Below, one piece after another: positions 62,115 through 64,000 of a stretch of 64,000 bases of DNA; position 1 is the stretch's first letter; every line of letters starts with the position of its first letter. A program made the position numbers and the translations under genes. Origin of the DNA: Thermodesulfobacteriota bacterium. Lineage in GTDB: Bacteria > Desulfobacterota > Desulfarculia > JACQYL01. The notes beneath the pieces were generated by a model that searched no databases, was not told the origin of the DNA, and worked only from the letters and a program-made list of their open reading frames with translations. The stretch spans positions 320,001 through 384,000 of the forward strand of contig CAXXLZ010000002.1 of NCBI GenBank assembly GCA_963675595.2, read 5' to 3'.

Positions 62115-63044
62115 ATGCCGAAGAATTGCCTTTCTGAAGAAAGGACGTTGGAAAGAGATGTTTCCAGAAGAGACTTCATGAAGTATTGCGGGCTGTTGAC
62201 GGCGACGTTGGGCTTGCCGTTGAGTATGACCGAGACAGTTGCCGCAGCCATGGAATCCGCTCGTCCGCCGGTTGTCTGGCTGCCTTTCTCGGAGTGCACC
62301 GGCTGCGCGGAATCATTAATTCGAACCACCTATCCGGGCATCGCGCAACTGGTGCTGGACGTCATTTCCTTGGACTACTGCGAGACCCTCATGGCGGCGG
62401 CGGGCCGACAGGCGGAAGAAGCGCTGATGGAATCCGTGGAGAAGAACAAAGGCAAATTTTTCTGTCTCATCGATGGAGCCATACCGACCAAGGAAGGGTA
62501 CGGTATGATCGGCGGCAAACCCATGCTCGAAATCGCACGCGAAGTCACGAGCAAAGCAGCGGCCGTGATATGCGTCGGCACCTGCTCGTCCTTCGGGGGG
62601 CTCCCGGCCGCCAAGCCCAACCCAAGCGAAGCCAAATCCGTCGGAAAGGCCTTGGGGATATCCACCATCAACTTGCCGGGCTGTCCCCCAAACACGGTGA
62701 ATATTGTAGCGCTGGTGGCCCATGCCGTGGTGTTGGGCAAACTTCCCGAACTCGACGACCTCGGTCGCCCATTATTCGCATATGGACAGACCATCCATGA
62801 CACGTGCCCGAGAAGGGCCAATTATGAAGAAGGCAACTTCGCCCAGGCGTTCGGAGACGAAGGGCACTTGAACGGCTATTGTCTTTACGAACTGGGTTGC
62901 AAGGGACCGGAAACGCACAACAACTGCTCCCGGGTCAAGTTCAACCAGGGGACCAGTTGGCCCATCGGGGCGGGTCATCCCTGTATCGGCTGCAGCGAAC
63001 CGGATTTCTGGGACGAGATGACGCCGTTTTACGTTGCGAGCTGA
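62115..63044 (+). CDS. Group 1 [NiFe] hydrogenase small subunit (Tat-exported)
   Basis: SRRDFMK, ECTGC.ES, GTC...GG, GCPPN, H..C.R, LGCKGP, HPCIGCSE. Confidence 0.95.
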   Translation: MPKNCLSEERTLERDVSRRDFMKYCGLLTATLGLPLSMTETVAAAMESARPPVVWLPFSECTGCAESLIRTTYPGIAQLVLDVISLDYCETLMAAAGRQAEEALMESVEKNKGKFFCLIDGAIPTKEGYGMIGGKPMLEIAREVTSKAAAVICVGTCSSFGGLPAAKPNPSEAKSVGKALGISTINLPGCPPNTVNIVALVAHAVVLGKLPELDDLGRPLFAYGQTIHDTCPRRANYEEGNFAQAFGDEGHLNGYCLYELGCKGPETHNNCSRVKFNQGTSWPIGAGHPCIGCSEPDFWDEMTPFYVAS

Positions 63045-63090
63045 TTCCTCTCAGTATACCCAAAACGCTTGCCCGATAGGAGGATGATCC

Positions 63091-64000
63091 ATGTCCCAAA
63101 GAGTGGTGATTGACCCGATTACCCGAATCGAAGGTCATTTAAGAATCGAAGTCGAGATTGAAAACGGCAAAGTGAAAAACGCGTGGAGTTCCGGGACCCT
63201 GTTCCGCGGGATCGAAATGATCCTGAAAGGACGCGACCCGAGAGACGCTTGGCTTTTCACTCAGCGAGCCTGCGGTGTTTGCACCTATGTCCACGGCTTG
63301 GCCAGTGTGCGTTCCGTTGAGGACGCTTTGGGCGTCAAAGCGCCCAACATGGCTCGGTTGTTACGTAACCTGATGCTGGGCGCCCAGTTTCTCCATGATC
63401 ATCCGGTCCATTTCTATGCCCTTCACGCCCTGGACTGGGTGGACGTGGTGAACGCCCTGAAGGCGGATCCCAAACGCACCGCCCGGTTGGCCGCTTCGGT
63501 AAGTTCGGCCGCCGCCTCCGGTGCTCGGGACTTCGAAGTAGTGCAGCAGAAGCTCAAATCTTTCGTAGAAAGCGGACAACTCGGTCCCTTTGCCAACGCC
63601 TATTGGGGCCATTCCGCTTATAATTTGACCCCCGAGGCGGATCTGCTGGCCGCCAAGCATTATCTGGACTGTCTGCAAATGCAGGTGAAGGCGGCCCAAT
63701 TGCACGCCGTGTTCGGCGGCAAGAATCCCCACATACAAAGCTTGACCGTGGGAGGCGTCACCTGCGAGAGAGATCTTTCCATAGACCGGGTGGCCCACTT
63801 TCTGTTCCAGCTCAAGGAAGTGAAAAGTTTCATCGACAACGTCTACGTCCCCGACCTTCTGGCCGTGGCGTCCTTTTACAAGGACTGGGGGGCCATCGGT
63901 GGGAACTCCAACTTCATGGCCTACGGTGAATTTCCACAAACCGACAGCGAACCCGACAGCCTATTCCTTCCCAGAGGGGCCGTTTTTGACCGGAATCTGG
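63091..64000 (+). CDS. Group 1 [NiFe] hydrogenase large subunit (partial, runs off the window)
   Basis: MSQRVVIDPITRIEGHLRIE, QRACGVCTYVH L1 motif, AGGAGG RBS; absent from the ORF track because there is no stop in the window. Confidence 0.95.
   Translation, partial: MSQRVVIDPITRIEGHLRIEVEIENGKVKNAWSSGTLFRGIEMILKGRDPRDAWLFTQRACGVCTYVHGLASVRSVEDALGVKAPNMARLLRNLMLGAQFLHDHPVHFYALHALDWVDVVNALKADPKRTARLAASVSSAAASGARDFEVVQQKLKSFVESGQLGPFANAYWGHSAYNLTPEADLLAAKHYLDCLQMQVKAAQLHAVFGGKNPHIQSLTVGGVTCERDLSIDRVAHFLFQLKEVKSFIDNVYVPDLLAVASFYKDWGAIGGNSNFMAYGEFPQTDSEPDSLFLPRGAVFDRNL

Overview
GC-rich bacterial chromosome segment. Its gene content points by inference to an anaerobic Desulfobacterota/Syntrophobacterales-type deltaproteobacterium: group 1 [NiFe] hydrogenase, TauE/DUF1634, YeeE pair, PAS hybrid kinase. 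Core content is sulfur-compound transporters, a thiolase, a ferrosome(fez)-like cluster of R-rich HMA2 proteins with two P-type ATPases, a decaying pst operon, a carbamoyltransferase with an SxtJ-SxtK-like fusion, a methylamine module (GmaS/GlnT, MgdA-like, MttB-like), a type III R-M system, the plsB-patatin-DUF3047-gnd-zwf-pgl run, and hydrogenase small and large (partial) subunits. Intergenic DNA is crowded with transposase-less modular repeats. The strongest unusual signal is a three-level nested element at 13007-14536. A ~450-bp repeat is interrupted by a 142-bp MITE with IS66-like ends and an 8-bp target duplication. A 922-nt group II intron with an internally deleted RT sits 2 nt inside the MITE's terminal inverted repeat, and its EBS1/EBS2 are complementary to that repeat. 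No rRNA, tRNA or CRISPR array was seen. All protein calls rest on motif recognition by eye, not on database searches.
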